Made by a program: the position numbers and the translations under genes. From contig CAZVMY010000002.1 of NCBI GenBank assembly GCA_964628955.1, positions 1 through 35,196 on the forward strand: DNA of 35,196 bases, in the 5' to 3' direction. The notes beneath the pieces are model-generated. The model saw only the letters and a list, made by a program, of their open reading frames with translations, was not told the DNA's origin and searched no databases. This document shows positions 15,698 through 25,870 of the stretch, one piece after another. Position 1 is the stretch's first letter; each line of letters begins with the position of its first letter. The DNA comes from an uncultured Methylocystis sp. (lineage in GTDB: Bacteria; Pseudomonadota; Alphaproteobacteria; Rhizobiales; Beijerinckiaceae).

Positions 15698-17926
15698 TCA
15701 GTTCCCCAAAAACGCGCCCGGCACGCGGCCGCGCAGCGTCGGCAGCAGCGGGTCGAGGTCGAGGGTGAACGGCTGGCCGTCGGCGCGCGGGATGAACTTT
15801 GGCGGATCGCGCTCGGGGTTCGTACTCGAGAAGCGGTATCCGGTGCCGACGCGTACGGGGAAAGCGCGCGCCAGCGCCCGCGGGCCGAAGACGGTCCCGT
15901 CCGGTGCCTGCGGCCGGTTGGGACCCAGCGCGGCGAGATCGGCCTCGGTCAGGGCACCGATCACGTCCATGAAGCGATCGGCGCGCACCTCTTGGGGCAC
16001 GAGCACCTTGGCGCCCGACGAGAGCCAGCCGCCCTGGACGGTGCCGACCCCACCATATCGGGTCTTCTGTACCGTGGCCTGGCCGGCCGCCTGCTCGTAG
16101 GCGCGGCGCAGCTCCTCCTGCGCGTCGGCCGATCCGGGTTCGACGTTGAAGCGGCTGACCCTCGCCTGCCAGATCGCGGTGGCAGCGACGTCCAGTCGCG
16201 CCCGGCTCTCCGGCAGCTCGGCATAGGCCCGGCCCACCACCTCGGACCTGATCTTGTCGACGTCCTCGCGTCTGGGCTGCGGCAGCCTGGCGCCGGGGAT
16301 CGCCTTGATCCGGTAGCCCTCGAGCAGGTCGCGCGCGGTATCGCGCTGGCCCGGGGTGCCGGCGGCGACCAGCTGGCCGGCGACGGCCAGTTCGGGCGCG
16401 CCTTCGCCGAGCTCGGCGAGTATGGCCGGCGCGTCGCGGCCGGCGCCCCTGACGATGCCGCGGATCAATCCGAGGGCGCGATCGGGGTCCTTCTTCAGTT
16501 CGGTCCGGAGCCGGTTCACGTCGTCGGGCTGCAGGAACTGCGGCGGACGGTTGAGGCCCTGTCCGATGCTGCGGCCCAGCGCCGTGCGGGCGGCGATCTG
16601 CGCCTCGAAGCTGCGGTCGTCGGCCATGGGATCGATGGGCACCACCTGCACCAGCCCCTGTTTCTGGACGTGGCCCAGCTGGTCGGTGGCGATCGCCTTG
16701 CGCGTCTCGTCGCGCAGCTCCTCGAGATACCGGACCGTGTCGGCTTCGGCCTCGCTGCTGCCCCCGGTGCGCGCCTGGCGCTGGCGCACGAGATTGAGCG
16801 CGAGGTCGATGTCCTCGGGCGGCCGGCCGCGGAGCGAGCGCGTCACGCCGATGCGCCGCTCCGCCCGGTCGATCAGCGCCGCGCCGCCGGGCGCGCGCTC
16901 GGCGAGGATGCGCAGCTGCGCCAGCTCCTCGGCCGGGACCGTGAAGCCCTCGCGCTCGCGCTGGATCGCGCTGTCGATCGCCTTGCCCAGCCGGCCCGCG
17001 TCCGCCCCGGTGGCGATGGTCAGCTGTCGTCGGCGCCTGTCGTAGGCCGCGTCGATCTTGTCGATGGTGTCGGCCGTCAGTTCCTTGAGCCCACCGCTCT
17101 TCAGCCCCTCGCGGTACTGCGCCTCGTGAGCGTCGAGCTCGCTGAGACTGCCGATCCTGTCGAGCCGTGCCTCGACGATCCGCTGCTGCGTCTCGGTCCG
17201 GGCATCGTCGCGCAGCTTCTGACCGGTGACGGCCGTGATCGTGCCGCGCCGCACCAGGCGGTCGGTGCGGGCATCGATCGACGCCTGCTCCTGCCGCAGC
17301 GCCTCCTGGGCCTCGGGTGTGTCGGCGCCGCCGGAGGTCAGGCGCGCGATCGCGCCGCGGCTCGTATTGATCGCCTCGATCGCCGAGACACGCTCGGCGT
17401 CGAGGGTCCTGGCCTGCAGGTCGTCGGCCGCGGACTTCAGATGCGGCCGGGCGAGGGTCGCGAAGCGCGCCTCGGTCTGGCCGCGGATCTCCGGAAACGC
17501 GTCGTCGTCGAGGATCTTCGTCTTCGCGGCCTCGAACTGCCGCTGCAACGCCGACGGGTTGCGCTGGTCCGCCGGGAGTGCCGAGTAGTCCGTATAGAGC
17601 TGTGTGACCACGCTGCTGATCTTGGCGTCCAGCTTGTCGGCGTAGACCGTGGTCGCCGCCTTGTCGAAGGCTTGGGCACGCAGGGTGCCGGCTCCCGACG
17701 GCCGGAACGCCGGGTCGTTTCCTGCCACCTTGCCGGCGTTGGTCGCCTCGTTCTCGACGAACTGGTCGGCCAGACGGCCGAACTTCGACGATACTTCCTC
17801 GAGCGCGCGGGCCGTCTGGCGGTCGGCCTCGCCGCCGAGGTAATCGACCTGGACGTTGCCTTCGGGCAGCAGCGGCCGCGGCCTGAACTCCTCGACCTGA
17901 ATACCGGACGCGCGCCGATTGACCAT
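15698..17926 (-). CDS. Internal virion or ejection protein (742 aa, gp15-like position).
   Basis: Called by position and size. It is long, alpha-helical and charged. No catalytic motif recognised. Confidence 0.7.
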   Translation of the reverse strand: MVNRRASGIQVEEFRPRPLLPEGNVQVDYLGGEADRQTARALEEVSSKFGRLADQFVENEATNAGKVAGNDPAFRPSGAGTLRAQAFDKAATTVYADKLDAKISSVVTQLYTDYSALPADQRNPSALQRQFEAAKTKILDDDAFPEIRGQTEARFATLARPHLKSAADDLQARTLDAERVSAIEAINTSRGAIARLTSGGADTPEAQEALRQEQASIDARTDRLVRRGTITAVTGQKLRDDARTETQQRIVEARLDRIGSLSELDAHEAQYREGLKSGGLKELTADTIDKIDAAYDRRRRQLTIATGADAGRLGKAIDSAIQREREGFTVPAEELAQLRILAERAPGGAALIDRAERRIGVTRSLRGRPPEDIDLALNLVRQRQARTGGSSEAEADTVRYLEELRDETRKAIATDQLGHVQKQGLVQVVPIDPMADDRSFEAQIAARTALGRSIGQGLNRPPQFLQPDDVNRLRTELKKDPDRALGLIRGIVRGAGRDAPAILAELGEGAPELAVAGQLVAAGTPGQRDTARDLLEGYRIKAIPGARLPQPRREDVDKIRSEVVGRAYAELPESRARLDVAATAIWQARVSRFNVEPGSADAQEELRRAYEQAAGQATVQKTRYGGVGTVQGGWLSSGAKVLVPQEVRADRFMDVIGALTEADLAALGPNRPQAPDGTVFGPRALARAFPVRVGTGYRFSSTNPERDPPKFIPRADGQPFTLDLDPLLPTLRGRVPGAFLGN

Positions 17927-17928
17927 GG

Positions 17929-18546
17929 TCAGCCCCGCCGCAGGACGGAAGCGCCGGTTTCGAGGAGCTGCCCGGCCGCTCTGGCGAGCGAGCCGCGACG
18001 GGCCTCTCCGCCCTGCAACCTGAGCAGGTCCGCGCGCTGGCGCAACCGCGACACCCGGAAGTCCGTCGTGCCCTGGTCGATCCCCAGCGCACGCTCGCCG
18101 TCCTCGACGGCCGCGCGACGCGCCTCCCGGGCGGTGCCGAAGGACAGATCGAGGCCGGAGGCCGCGGTCGCGACGTCCCGCTCCGCCAGCGCCTCGAGGA
18201 GACCGCGGCGCAGCGTGTTCTGGCGTTCGTTGCCCTGGACGCGTTCGGCGAGGATGTCCTGGCCGACGTCGAGCGCCTTCTCGTTCAGCCCGGCCGCTTC
18301 GGCCTGACCCTGGCGGATCGACGCGAAGGCCGACGCCAGCCCCGCACCGCCCGAGACGACCGACGCCAGCGAGCCGGCGGAGAACAGACTGGACAGCGTG
18401 CCGCCGGCGGCCGATGCGGCCGGCAGGGTGCTGAAAGCGGTGGCCGCGAGGTTGAGCGGCGCGCCCACCGCGGCGGAACCGACGCCGAGCGCGCTGCCGA
18501 TGCTGGACGCGAGGGAGCCGAGGGCGGCGGAGGCGAATTCGACCAT
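17929..18546 (-). CDS. Internal virion protein (205 aa, gp14-like position) with a Gly/Ala/Ser-rich hydrophobic N-terminal half.
   Basis: It follows the tail tubular B gene, with a 1-nt overlap to the upstream stop. Called on composition and position only. Confidence 0.65.
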   Translation of the reverse strand: MVEFASAALGSLASSIGSALGVGSAAVGAPLNLAATAFSTLPAASAAGGTLSSLFSAGSLASVVSGGAGLASAFASIRQGQAEAAGLNEKALDVGQDILAERVQGNERQNTLRRGLLEALAERDVATAASGLDLSFGTAREARRAAVEDGERALGIDQGTTDFRVSRLRQRADLLRLQGGEARRGSLARAAGQLLETGASVLRRG

Positions 18547-20963
18547 CAGGTCCTCGCTTCGACGATGACGTCGCGGATCGCCAGGCGCCCGGGCATGATC
18601 TGGCCGATGGTGACCTGTGCGTCGGGACTGTAGCCGCGGATGCCGGTCACCACGATCTCGCCGGTCACCGCGCGCTGCGGCTGGTCGACCGGATCACCGG
18701 CACGGTAGAGCGGCACGGCGCGCAGCGGCTGGCCGTTGGCGCCGACCGCGAGGCTGGTGACGCCCAGCCCGTGCAGCCTGACGGTGTGGACGCGCGCCGG
18801 CCGGCGCAGCACGGTGCGGTCCGCGACCTCGCGCGGGAGCGGCAGGGTGACGAGCTCTGGCGCGGTCCAGCGGCCGACCGAGATCGTCGCTGCCGCGACC
18901 GGCAGCGTGATCGCGCCGCCGGCAACCGTGAACGGTCCGAGGGTGTAGCCATCGGCCTCGGCATGGACGACTGCGCCCTCGTGGGCCGCGAGCCCGGTCA
19001 CGAGCGTGCGCGGCGCGCCCGTACTCGTCACGGTGCCGTCGAGGATCAGGTCGGGTTCGAGACGCTCGAACCGCAGGCGCTGCGCGCCGGCGATCGTGCG
19101 TTCGACCGCGAGATACGGATCGTTCCGGCCATCGACCATGACGGCCCGGACGGCGCCGGCCGTCTCCCAGCGGACGAACCCGGTCACGTCCTGATTGCGG
19201 ATCAGCACGCCGATCACGACGGTCCCGTCGTCGCGCACGAGCCAGAGGCGGGCGGCGTCGCCATCGTCGGTCGCGCGCTGGAGCGCGGCGCCGATCAGGC
19301 CGTTGCAGAGATGGCTGGCGAGCAGCGACAGCGGCTGGCTGTCGTAGGCCTGGCTGACGTCGGAATAGGTCGCGGCATAGATCGTGCCGCGGTTGCGCGC
19401 CACGTAGATCAGCGAGCCCTCATTCTCGACAACGGGCACCAGCTCGCTGCTGCCGTTGCGCGACGACTGGACGATGTTCGGCACCGCCGTCTTCGAGACG
19501 GCCCTGTCGGCGAGATAGTATTCCGCGTCGGTCGTGAAGAGGCAGAGGTGCCTCGCCCGCTCCATGTGGATGATCCGCTCGGCGCCGTCGGTGTCGAGGT
19601 TGTAGAGGATGGCGCCATCCGCCGTCGGAATGGCAATGTTCAGATTGAAGTAATCAGCGGTGACCGATGCGAGGAACGCAGAGACCTTGGAGCGGAAGCC
19701 GCCCTCGAACAGCCGGTCCTGGTAGAACACCCCGACGCTGGGGTAGCCGCGAACCGTGCCGAACAGGTTCTCACCGCCGGTCGAACCGTTCACCGACTTG
19801 ACCACGTTCGCGTTTGCGTCGGGCGTCGACGGGATGCGCGCCGACAGCGCAAAGGTGGCTCCCGTGTTGCCGGTGCCGGTGAAGGCGATGCTGACCACTG
19901 CCAGGAGCCCTGCGACGGCGACCGAGACGGTGAGGCCGGTCTCGACGGACGCCATGCTTTCGAGCGACGCCTTGATGGCGACGCCGAACGCGACCCAGTC
20001 CGGTCCGGCGGGGACCTGCACACCCGGCGCATCGAGCCCGTTGACCGAGATCACGAGGGTGATCGCCTCGGGCGATGTCGTCGCGCCATAGCGGATATAG
20101 ACGTCGAAGGCGTCGGGGACGTTGACGTAGACGCCGCCGTAATCGACCTGCGGCACGTCCGTGTAGGGTACCGCCGTCACCGCCCATTCGTGGTCGGCGT
20201 CGACGCGCAGCACACGCAACTGCGGATAGTTCTGATGATAGACGATCATGCTGTCGGCGCGCTGCTCGGTCTTGATCGCCGGCACGTCCGCGCCCGCATA
20301 GGTGATCGCGCAGCAGCCGACGAAAGCGCCTTCGCGCCAGAAGTCGACGGCGCCGGGCGTCAGCACCGCCTGGTAGGCCACGCCCGACGCCGAAGTGAAC
20401 GGCACGAGGCGCACCGGCTGGACGCCCGGTGTCTCGACGAACGCGGCGAGTGTGGCGGCGATCGCGGTCGCGGCCGGCGGCGCGCCGACGAGTCGCAGCC
20501 GCACGAACCTGGCCGTGACCGTGACGCCTGGCGCCAGCGCCGCTCGGCGCGCCCGGGCCGTGGCGCTCGCGGAGAACGGCGGTGCCAGCGCCTGCCAGAG
20601 GCCGGTCGACACATTCAGCGCCTCGACGGACAGCAGCCCGGCGAGCGTCTGGGCGGATGTGAGCCCGAGCAGGTCGACACCGGCGATCGCGACGTCGGCA
20701 CCCATGTCGAGCGTGCCGACGGTGCCGGCCGCGCCGAGGGTCGCCGCGACCGCTCCCGAGGCGCCCGGGGTCAGGCCGCCACGGACGGCGCCGACGTCGC
20801 GGGTACGGGGTGCCAGCCGGAAGCCGCCTTGGGGCACCGGCTCGACGTTGAGCATGCGCGCGGCTCCGGAGAAGAACGTCTTCAGCTCGGTACGGCCGTG
20901 CAGCTCCGGCGCCTGTTCGCCGGCGTTGAACGACCCTTGCAGTTTTCCCGGGCGCGCGACCAC
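18546..20963 (-). CDS. Tail tubular protein B / nozzle (805 aa).
   Basis: Called from size and position directly after the adaptor-like gene in a podovirus (T7-type) gene order. No motif-level proof. Confidence 0.7.
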   Translation of the reverse strand: MVARPGKLQGSFNAGEQAPELHGRTELKTFFSGAARMLNVEPVPQGGFRLAPRTRDVGAVRGGLTPGASGAVAATLGAAGTVGTLDMGADVAIAGVDLLGLTSAQTLAGLLSVEALNVSTGLWQALAPPFSASATARARRAALAPGVTVTARFVRLRLVGAPPAATAIAATLAAFVETPGVQPVRLVPFTSASGVAYQAVLTPGAVDFWREGAFVGCCAITYAGADVPAIKTEQRADSMIVYHQNYPQLRVLRVDADHEWAVTAVPYTDVPQVDYGGVYVNVPDAFDVYIRYGATTSPEAITLVISVNGLDAPGVQVPAGPDWVAFGVAIKASLESMASVETGLTVSVAVAGLLAVVSIAFTGTGNTGATFALSARIPSTPDANANVVKSVNGSTGGENLFGTVRGYPSVGVFYQDRLFEGGFRSKVSAFLASVTADYFNLNIAIPTADGAILYNLDTDGAERIIHMERARHLCLFTTDAEYYLADRAVSKTAVPNIVQSSRNGSSELVPVVENEGSLIYVARNRGTIYAATYSDVSQAYDSQPLSLLASHLCNGLIGAALQRATDDGDAARLWLVRDDGTVVIGVLIRNQDVTGFVRWETAGAVRAVMVDGRNDPYLAVERTIAGAQRLRFERLEPDLILDGTVTSTGAPRTLVTGLAAHEGAVVHAEADGYTLGPFTVAGGAITLPVAAATISVGRWTAPELVTLPLPREVADRTVLRRPARVHTVRLHGLGVTSLAVGANGQPLRAVPLYRAGDPVDQPQRAVTGEIVVTGIRGYSPDAQVTIGQIMPGRLAIRDVIVEART

Positions 20964-20964
20964 G

Positions 20965-21612
20965 TCAGGCGCCGTACCACGGGCCGGCCGGATGCAGGCG
21001 GGCGTCGTTCAGCGGGTCCGAGGCATAGAGCGGCGCGTGCACCTGATGCTGGCGCAGGTCGGCAGCCGCCGCCTGGGCGAACAGGCCCCCGCGGCCCTGT
21101 TCGGCCGGCGAGCCATAGGCCATCGCAGTGTAATGCTCGGCGAGCACGCGGTCCTGGGCCACCGGCAGCGCCAGCGCGCCGGCGAGCGCTGCCACGAAGC
21201 AGGCCTGGAACACCGGCGGCCAGATACGCGGTTCGACCGGGAAGCGGAAGGTCGCGTAGACCGTCTCCGCGTTGGCAAACAGGAAGCCCTCCTCGATGGC
21301 GAAATAGCGCAACGGCTGGTCCGGCTGCGCGGGCCGCTCGATGACGCGGGACGGACCGTCGATGCGGTCGCCCGGCATCTCGTAGGCGAAGGTCCAGCCG
21401 TTCTCGAATGTCAGCGCGCTGCGGGTGAGCCGGACCGTCCGGCGCGCGAAGTTCCAGTCGAACTTGCCGAACAGGAGCCCGAGCTCGGTGTCGTAGACGG
21501 CGTCGACCGTCGCGGCGAGTTCGGTCTCCTCGTCGCGCGCGAAAATCGGCGGCGCGCCGAGCCGGGCGAGAGCGCGGTTGATGAGCGTGACGTGATCGAT
21601 CTCGCCCGCCAT
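20965..21612 (-). CDS. Tail tubular protein A / adaptor (215 aa).
   Basis: Called from its position between the head genes and the nozzle gene, and its size typical of gp11-like adaptors. Confidence 0.65.
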   Translation of the reverse strand: MAGEIDHVTLINRALARLGAPPIFARDEETELAATVDAVYDTELGLLFGKFDWNFARRTVRLTRSALTFENGWTFAYEMPGDRIDGPSRVIERPAQPDQPLRYFAIEEGFLFANAETVYATFRFPVEPRIWPPVFQACFVAALAGALALPVAQDRVLAEHYTAMAYGSPAEQGRGGLFAQAAAADLRQHQVHAPLYASDPLNDARLHPAGPWYGA

Positions 21613-21662
21613 GCGCGGTCTCCTCCGGTCGTGCGCGCCGCCAGTCGGCCCGGGTCAGGGGC

Positions 21663-21959
21663 TCAGCCTGCGGCGGTGGCCTGCAGGCCGATGGTGACGT
21701 TGCCGGTCGCCGGCACCGTCAGCACCACGTAGGTCTTGGTGACCGGGGTGCCGCCATAGACCATGGTCGCGTTTATGATGTCGCCGACACGCAGGAGCGC
21801 GCGGGCGCTGTTGAAGTACCCCGCCGCCTCGACCACGGCGGCCGCGTCTGCGGTGCCGTAGAGGTGGTAGGACAGCATGACGCCGGGCGTCGGTTCGCCG
21901 GCGGCGCTGCCCGGCGAAATCTGCGTGATGCGGATCAGGGATCGGAGAGAGAGAGCCAT
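21663..21959 (-). CDS. Small head-associated protein (98 aa), a possible decoration or cement protein.
   Basis: Immediately downstream of the major capsid gene. Beta-rich. Positional inference only. Confidence 0.55.
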   Translation of the reverse strand: MALSLRSLIRITQISPGSAAGEPTPGVMLSYHLYGTADAAAVVEAAGYFNSARALLRVGDIINATMVYGGTPVTKTYVVLTVPATGNVTIGLQATAAG

Positions 21960-21976
21960 GGGTCAGCCTCGATCGG

Positions 21977-22837
21977 TTACGGGGTCGGACGGGTGAGCGC
22001 CGTCGGCGTCAGGAAGCGCATGCGGCGGACGGCGTTGGGCAGGATCGTCACCGCCGCGGCGCCCATGTTGTTGGCCGCGAACCATGCGGTCTTTTCCGCC
22101 ACGTAATCGATCCGGCTGTTCAGCTTGTAGTTGCTGGCGAAGCCGACGCCGGATTGCAGCCACATGTACGTGTCGAACTGGCCAGCGGCCGGGATGGCGA
22201 ACTGCTCGTCGGGCAGCGGGATGAAGTCGATGCCGAGGAACGAGCGGGCGCCGATCCGCTTCATCAGCGGCCGGTCGTCTACATAGTCGGCGTTGGCGAA
22301 TTCCCGGAACAGCAGCAGCTGCGCCATCCACATCGTCGGGATCGCCATGCTGATCTTCGGCATCGAGGTATACCCGGTCGACAGGATGCGGGCCTGCGCC
22401 TCGATGGCGTCGACGATGGAAATCACCGCGGCACCGGTGCCCAGTGTCGTGATCGCGGCGCCCGACGCGTTCATGGCGCCCATGATGATCTGGTCGAACC
22501 GGCGGCCCATGGCATAGGCCGCCGTCTGCTGCGCGATCTGCTGCTCGTTCTCCGACATCTTCTCGAGGTCGGTGACGTTGATCCATTCGTTGGCCTCGTA
22601 ATCGACCATGGTAACGGGCACGAGCTGGCGGTCAGCGTTCATCACCGGCCGGTTCTCGATCGCGGTCGACTTGACCGTCGCGGAGCCGGAGCCGGCGACC
22701 TTGAAGTTGACGATGTTGCCCTTGATTTCGGCGGGCATCATCGCCGTGCCCTGGAGGCGGTAACCCTCGTCCTGAAGGACGTGGGTGACGCCGTCGACGT
22801 ATTTGGTTTCGAACCATGCGGGAGCGCGGGAGCTCAT
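21977..22837 (-). CDS. Major capsid protein (286 aa).
   Basis: Follows the scaffold gene. It has its own AGGGA ribosome-binding site after a 150-nt structured gap. Called on composition and position. Confidence 0.8.
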   Translation of the reverse strand: MSSRAPAWFETKYVDGVTHVLQDEGYRLQGTAMMPAEIKGNIVNFKVAGSGSATVKSTAIENRPVMNADRQLVPVTMVDYEANEWINVTDLEKMSENEQQIAQQTAAYAMGRRFDQIIMGAMNASGAAITTLGTGAAVISIVDAIEAQARILSTGYTSMPKISMAIPTMWMAQLLLFREFANADYVDDRPLMKRIGARSFLGIDFIPLPDEQFAIPAAGQFDTYMWLQSGVGFASNYKLNSRIDYVAEKTAWFAANNMGAAAVTILPNAVRRMRFLTPTALTRPTP

Positions 22838-22987
22838 TGTCGGGTTTCCCTGATGTGAAAAGGATCACGTCAGGCTGAGGGCTGTGCCGTCGCGCGGTCC
22901 GGCGGGGCCGGAGGGCACGCGGACGGGGTCAGGTCCGCCATTCGCTGATGGCGAACGATGCGGCAACCGTCAGAGCGTTAACCTTCG

Positions 22988-23848
22988 TCAGCTGCCGTAG
23001 TGCTTGCGGTAGAGCGCCGACGTCTCCGCGGCGAAGTCGGGATCGTACTTCGGGCTCGCGATCTGGTTTCGCGGATCCGCCTGGCGCTGGCGGAGCTGCT
23101 GAGGCGTGATCGCCTCCTGCGTGCCGCCGCCGAGTGCCGGCGGGGTCTCGCGGCCGATGCCCTTGATCCACTCGACGACGCGGTTGCCGGCGGCCGTATC
23201 GAGCAGCGATTGCAGGGCGATCTTCTCGTCCTTGCCGAGCACCTTCTCGTCCAGCGCGTCCACGAACGCCACGTTCTCGCGGATGCGGCGCTCACGCGCG
23301 GTGGCCTGTTGCCCGGCGTCCAGTGCCTTGGCGGCATCGGGCACCAGTTTCGCGAGCTCCGCTTCGAGGTCGACCGGCTTCTGCACGAGCTCCATCTCGA
23401 GCATGCGTTCGAACGCCGCGTTGAGGAAACCGTTGAACTGCTTGTCGGGGATCTTGTGTGCCAGTGCGTCGGCCCGGATGCCCCTGAACAGCTCGTCCTT
23501 CTCGAACGATCCGGCGAAGGCGCTGAGCTTTTCCGACGGCGTGAACGTGTAGCCGTCCGCGTCCTTCGGCACGCTGCCACGCTCCGCCATCTCGCGGCGC
23601 GCGCCGTCATACGCCTTGAAGACCCGATCGAGCGTCTCTCGCTCATCCTTGCCGGCCAGGTGTTCGGGCAGCCCGTCCGGACGGTAGGACGGGGGCGGCT
23701 GCGCGCCCGGATCGGGCTGCCCTGCCGGCGGCTTGCCCTCGGAGCCAGGGCCGTCACCGGGTTTCGGTGCCACGGGCGGCTGAGACGGTGCCGACGTGGG
23801 AGGTGCTGCTGCGGCGGCCGCCGCGTCGAGAAGCGGGTTGCTGTCCAT
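22988..23848 (-). CDS. Scaffolding protein (286 aa).
   Basis: Pro/Ala-rich N-terminus followed by an acidic, helical body. It lies between the portal and capsid genes. Confidence 0.7.
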   Translation of the reverse strand: MDSNPLLDAAAAAAAPPTSAPSQPPVAPKPGDGPGSEGKPPAGQPDPGAQPPPSYRPDGLPEHLAGKDERETLDRVFKAYDGARREMAERGSVPKDADGYTFTPSEKLSAFAGSFEKDELFRGIRADALAHKIPDKQFNGFLNAAFERMLEMELVQKPVDLEAELAKLVPDAAKALDAGQQATARERRIRENVAFVDALDEKVLGKDEKIALQSLLDTAAGNRVVEWIKGIGRETPPALGGGTQEAITPQQLRQRQADPRNQIASPKYDPDFAAETSALYRKHYGS

Positions 23849-23860
23849 CGGTTCCCCTCG

Positions 23861-24265
23861 TCAGGTGGTTTCGCGGACGGGCGGCGCCTCCTGCCGGCCC
23901 TCCGCGATCAGCTTCAGGATCGTGTGCACGATCGCGTTCTGGCCCTCGCGATGGCAGCCGATGCCGTAGGCCTGGTGCATCGGCAGGTTCACCAGGGCGA
24001 TGAAGGTCGGCCGCCGCAGGGTCAGGTCGCACAGGTGCTCGAGCACGACGCGGCCCTCCGGCGTGTCGAACACGCGCGCGAAGATCATCGCGCGGTCGCT
24101 GGCGTCGGCCTCGAGCTTCTCGGTCCACATCCGCCGTGTGGTGTCCGCCGCTCCCGGGACGACGTGCTCGGCGAAGAAGTCCCAGCCAGCACCGGCCGCA
24201 GCGGCCGTCAGCGCGTCGAGCGGCATCGCCGGGTTCGGTTTCGGGCTGAGGTCGCGATCGCTCAT
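23861..24265 (-). CDS. Hypothetical head-module protein (134 aa) between portal and scaffold.
   Basis: ATGA coupling to the portal stop. A gene in this position is reminiscent of the Bbp19-like genes of BPP-1-type phages, from memory only. Confidence 0.6.
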   Translation of the reverse strand: MSDRDLSPKPNPAMPLDALTAAAAGAGWDFFAEHVVPGAADTTRRMWTEKLEADASDRAMIFARVFDTPEGRVVLEHLCDLTLRRPTFIALVNLPMHQAYGIGCHREGQNAIVHTILKLIAEGRQEAPPVRETT

Positions 24266-25869
24266 GCGGGCACTCCGGCCAGCGCGGTCGCGGCGGGATC
24301 GCCCGCGGCGGACTGCTGCAACGCTTGCGATGCGGCGAAGGCGAGCGCAGCCGTCTGGACCTGTTTCGCCTCCAGCGCCTGACGCTCATCGGCCGTTGGC
24401 CGGAGGCTCTGGGGGACGCCCATGGCCTCGCCGAGCCGGTCGAGGGCTTCCGGCCGCTTGACGTGCATGTCGATCGAGGCTGGTGCGGCCGAGACCTGGG
24501 CGCAGACCGCGATGTAATTGATGACAGGCTCGACGTGGGCGAGACGCAGCGCGGCCGCCATCGGCGACAGCACCTCGGTCTGCACGAGCAGCTGATCGAT
24601 TGCGATCTCGTTCTGGAGCAGCCTCGCATTGTAGAGGATTTCGATGACGCGCCGGACGGCGACCGGTACGATCTCGTGAATGAGCCGGCCGTAAGCTCCG
24701 ACGTAGTTCTGCTGCACCTGCTTCATGCGGGCAATGACCTCCGACGCGGAGACCGGCGTCGCCCCTTTGTCGGGCAGGGACTGGTCATGCATCGCCGCCT
24801 GCACCTGGGCGCGAAGGTCCTGCAGGATGATGTTCGACACGTCGATCCGGCCGGTCGCCGGGTCGAGGCGCTGGACGTCAGGCCCGAGCACCCCGCCAGT
24901 CGATTGCAGCGCCCAGAACACGCCGGGCGCGATCCGCGCCGTGTCGGGGTTGAAGCTGCCGCCCGGCCGGTAACCCCAGATGCCCAGCATCTGGATCGCG
25001 GCCGCCTTCAGCGTAAGTTCCATCGCCTTGTTCAGCGTCTTGATCATCGGCAGGGCGAGCAGGATCGGGCCGCGGCCGTACTCCTCGCCCGGAACCCTGT
25101 AGTAGCGCGGCGCAAGAAACGGCCGGGTCCGGTAGCGCTGCGTGACGATCGGTTCGACCGATCCGGTCGTGTAGGCCATCAGCCGCCAGCCGCCACCCTC
25201 GACGACGAAGGCCTGCACGAGCTCGCATTCATCGTTCTGCTGCTGGTCGGTGTCGTCCGCCCAGGTGGTCGGGAACCGACCGGACGGGAACGCCATCCGC
25301 ACCGCCCGCTTGCGCATCTTCGTGCGCCAGAACAGCGCCATGATCTCGCCGTATCCGTCCTGTTCCAGCGCGATCTCGTCGATCGGCAGCGTGACGAAGC
25401 GCACGGGGCGATCGGCGGTCCCCTCGAGGATGAGCATGCAGCCCGTGCCGGCGCCGAGATCGACGCACATCTCGTGCATCGCCTGGTCCCATTCGCCCGA
25501 CATGAAGAACGGCTCGACGAACCGCGACACGGCCTCGAGTTGCAGCTTGATCGGTTCCTGTTCCTTCGCCTGCGCCAGCCGCGTCACCGGACCGGGCCGG
25601 AGCGCGAAGAACGGCTGGCCGGGCGGGAACAGGTCCTGCTGGAGCTGGCCCGCGAACCGCATCGCCGACGTGATCGCCGTGCTGTCGAACAGCCTGTCGA
25701 CGCGGTTCGCGCCGCGGCTGACCTGACGCGGCGGCCGGCGGTAGGGGATCGCGAACTCGTAGGCATCGTCGTAGAGGCTCTGCCAGGCCTGCTTGTCTAT
25801 CCACGCGCGGTCGGCGCGGCGCATGACGTCGGCGAGCGGCGTGGTCGTGTTCGGGGCTGCGTCGGCCAT
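24262..25869 (-). CDS. Portal protein (podovirus head-to-tail connector type, 535 aa).
   Basis: The N-terminus ...WIDKQAWQSLYDDAYEFAIPYRRP... is typical of T7 gp8-like connectors. Size and position after terL also fit. Confidence 0.88.
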   Translation of the reverse strand: MADAAPNTTTPLADVMRRADRAWIDKQAWQSLYDDAYEFAIPYRRPPRQVSRGANRVDRLFDSTAITSAMRFAGQLQQDLFPPGQPFFALRPGPVTRLAQAKEQEPIKLQLEAVSRFVEPFFMSGEWDQAMHEMCVDLGAGTGCMLILEGTADRPVRFVTLPIDEIALEQDGYGEIMALFWRTKMRKRAVRMAFPSGRFPTTWADDTDQQQNDECELVQAFVVEGGGWRLMAYTTGSVEPIVTQRYRTRPFLAPRYYRVPGEEYGRGPILLALPMIKTLNKAMELTLKAAAIQMLGIWGYRPGGSFNPDTARIAPGVFWALQSTGGVLGPDVQRLDPATGRIDVSNIILQDLRAQVQAAMHDQSLPDKGATPVSASEVIARMKQVQQNYVGAYGRLIHEIVPVAVRRVIEILYNARLLQNEIAIDQLLVQTEVLSPMAAALRLAHVEPVINYIAVCAQVSAAPASIDMHVKRPEALDRLGEAMGVPQSLRPTADERQALEAKQVQTAALAFAASQALQQSAAGDPAATALAGVPA

Positions 25870-25870
25870 G

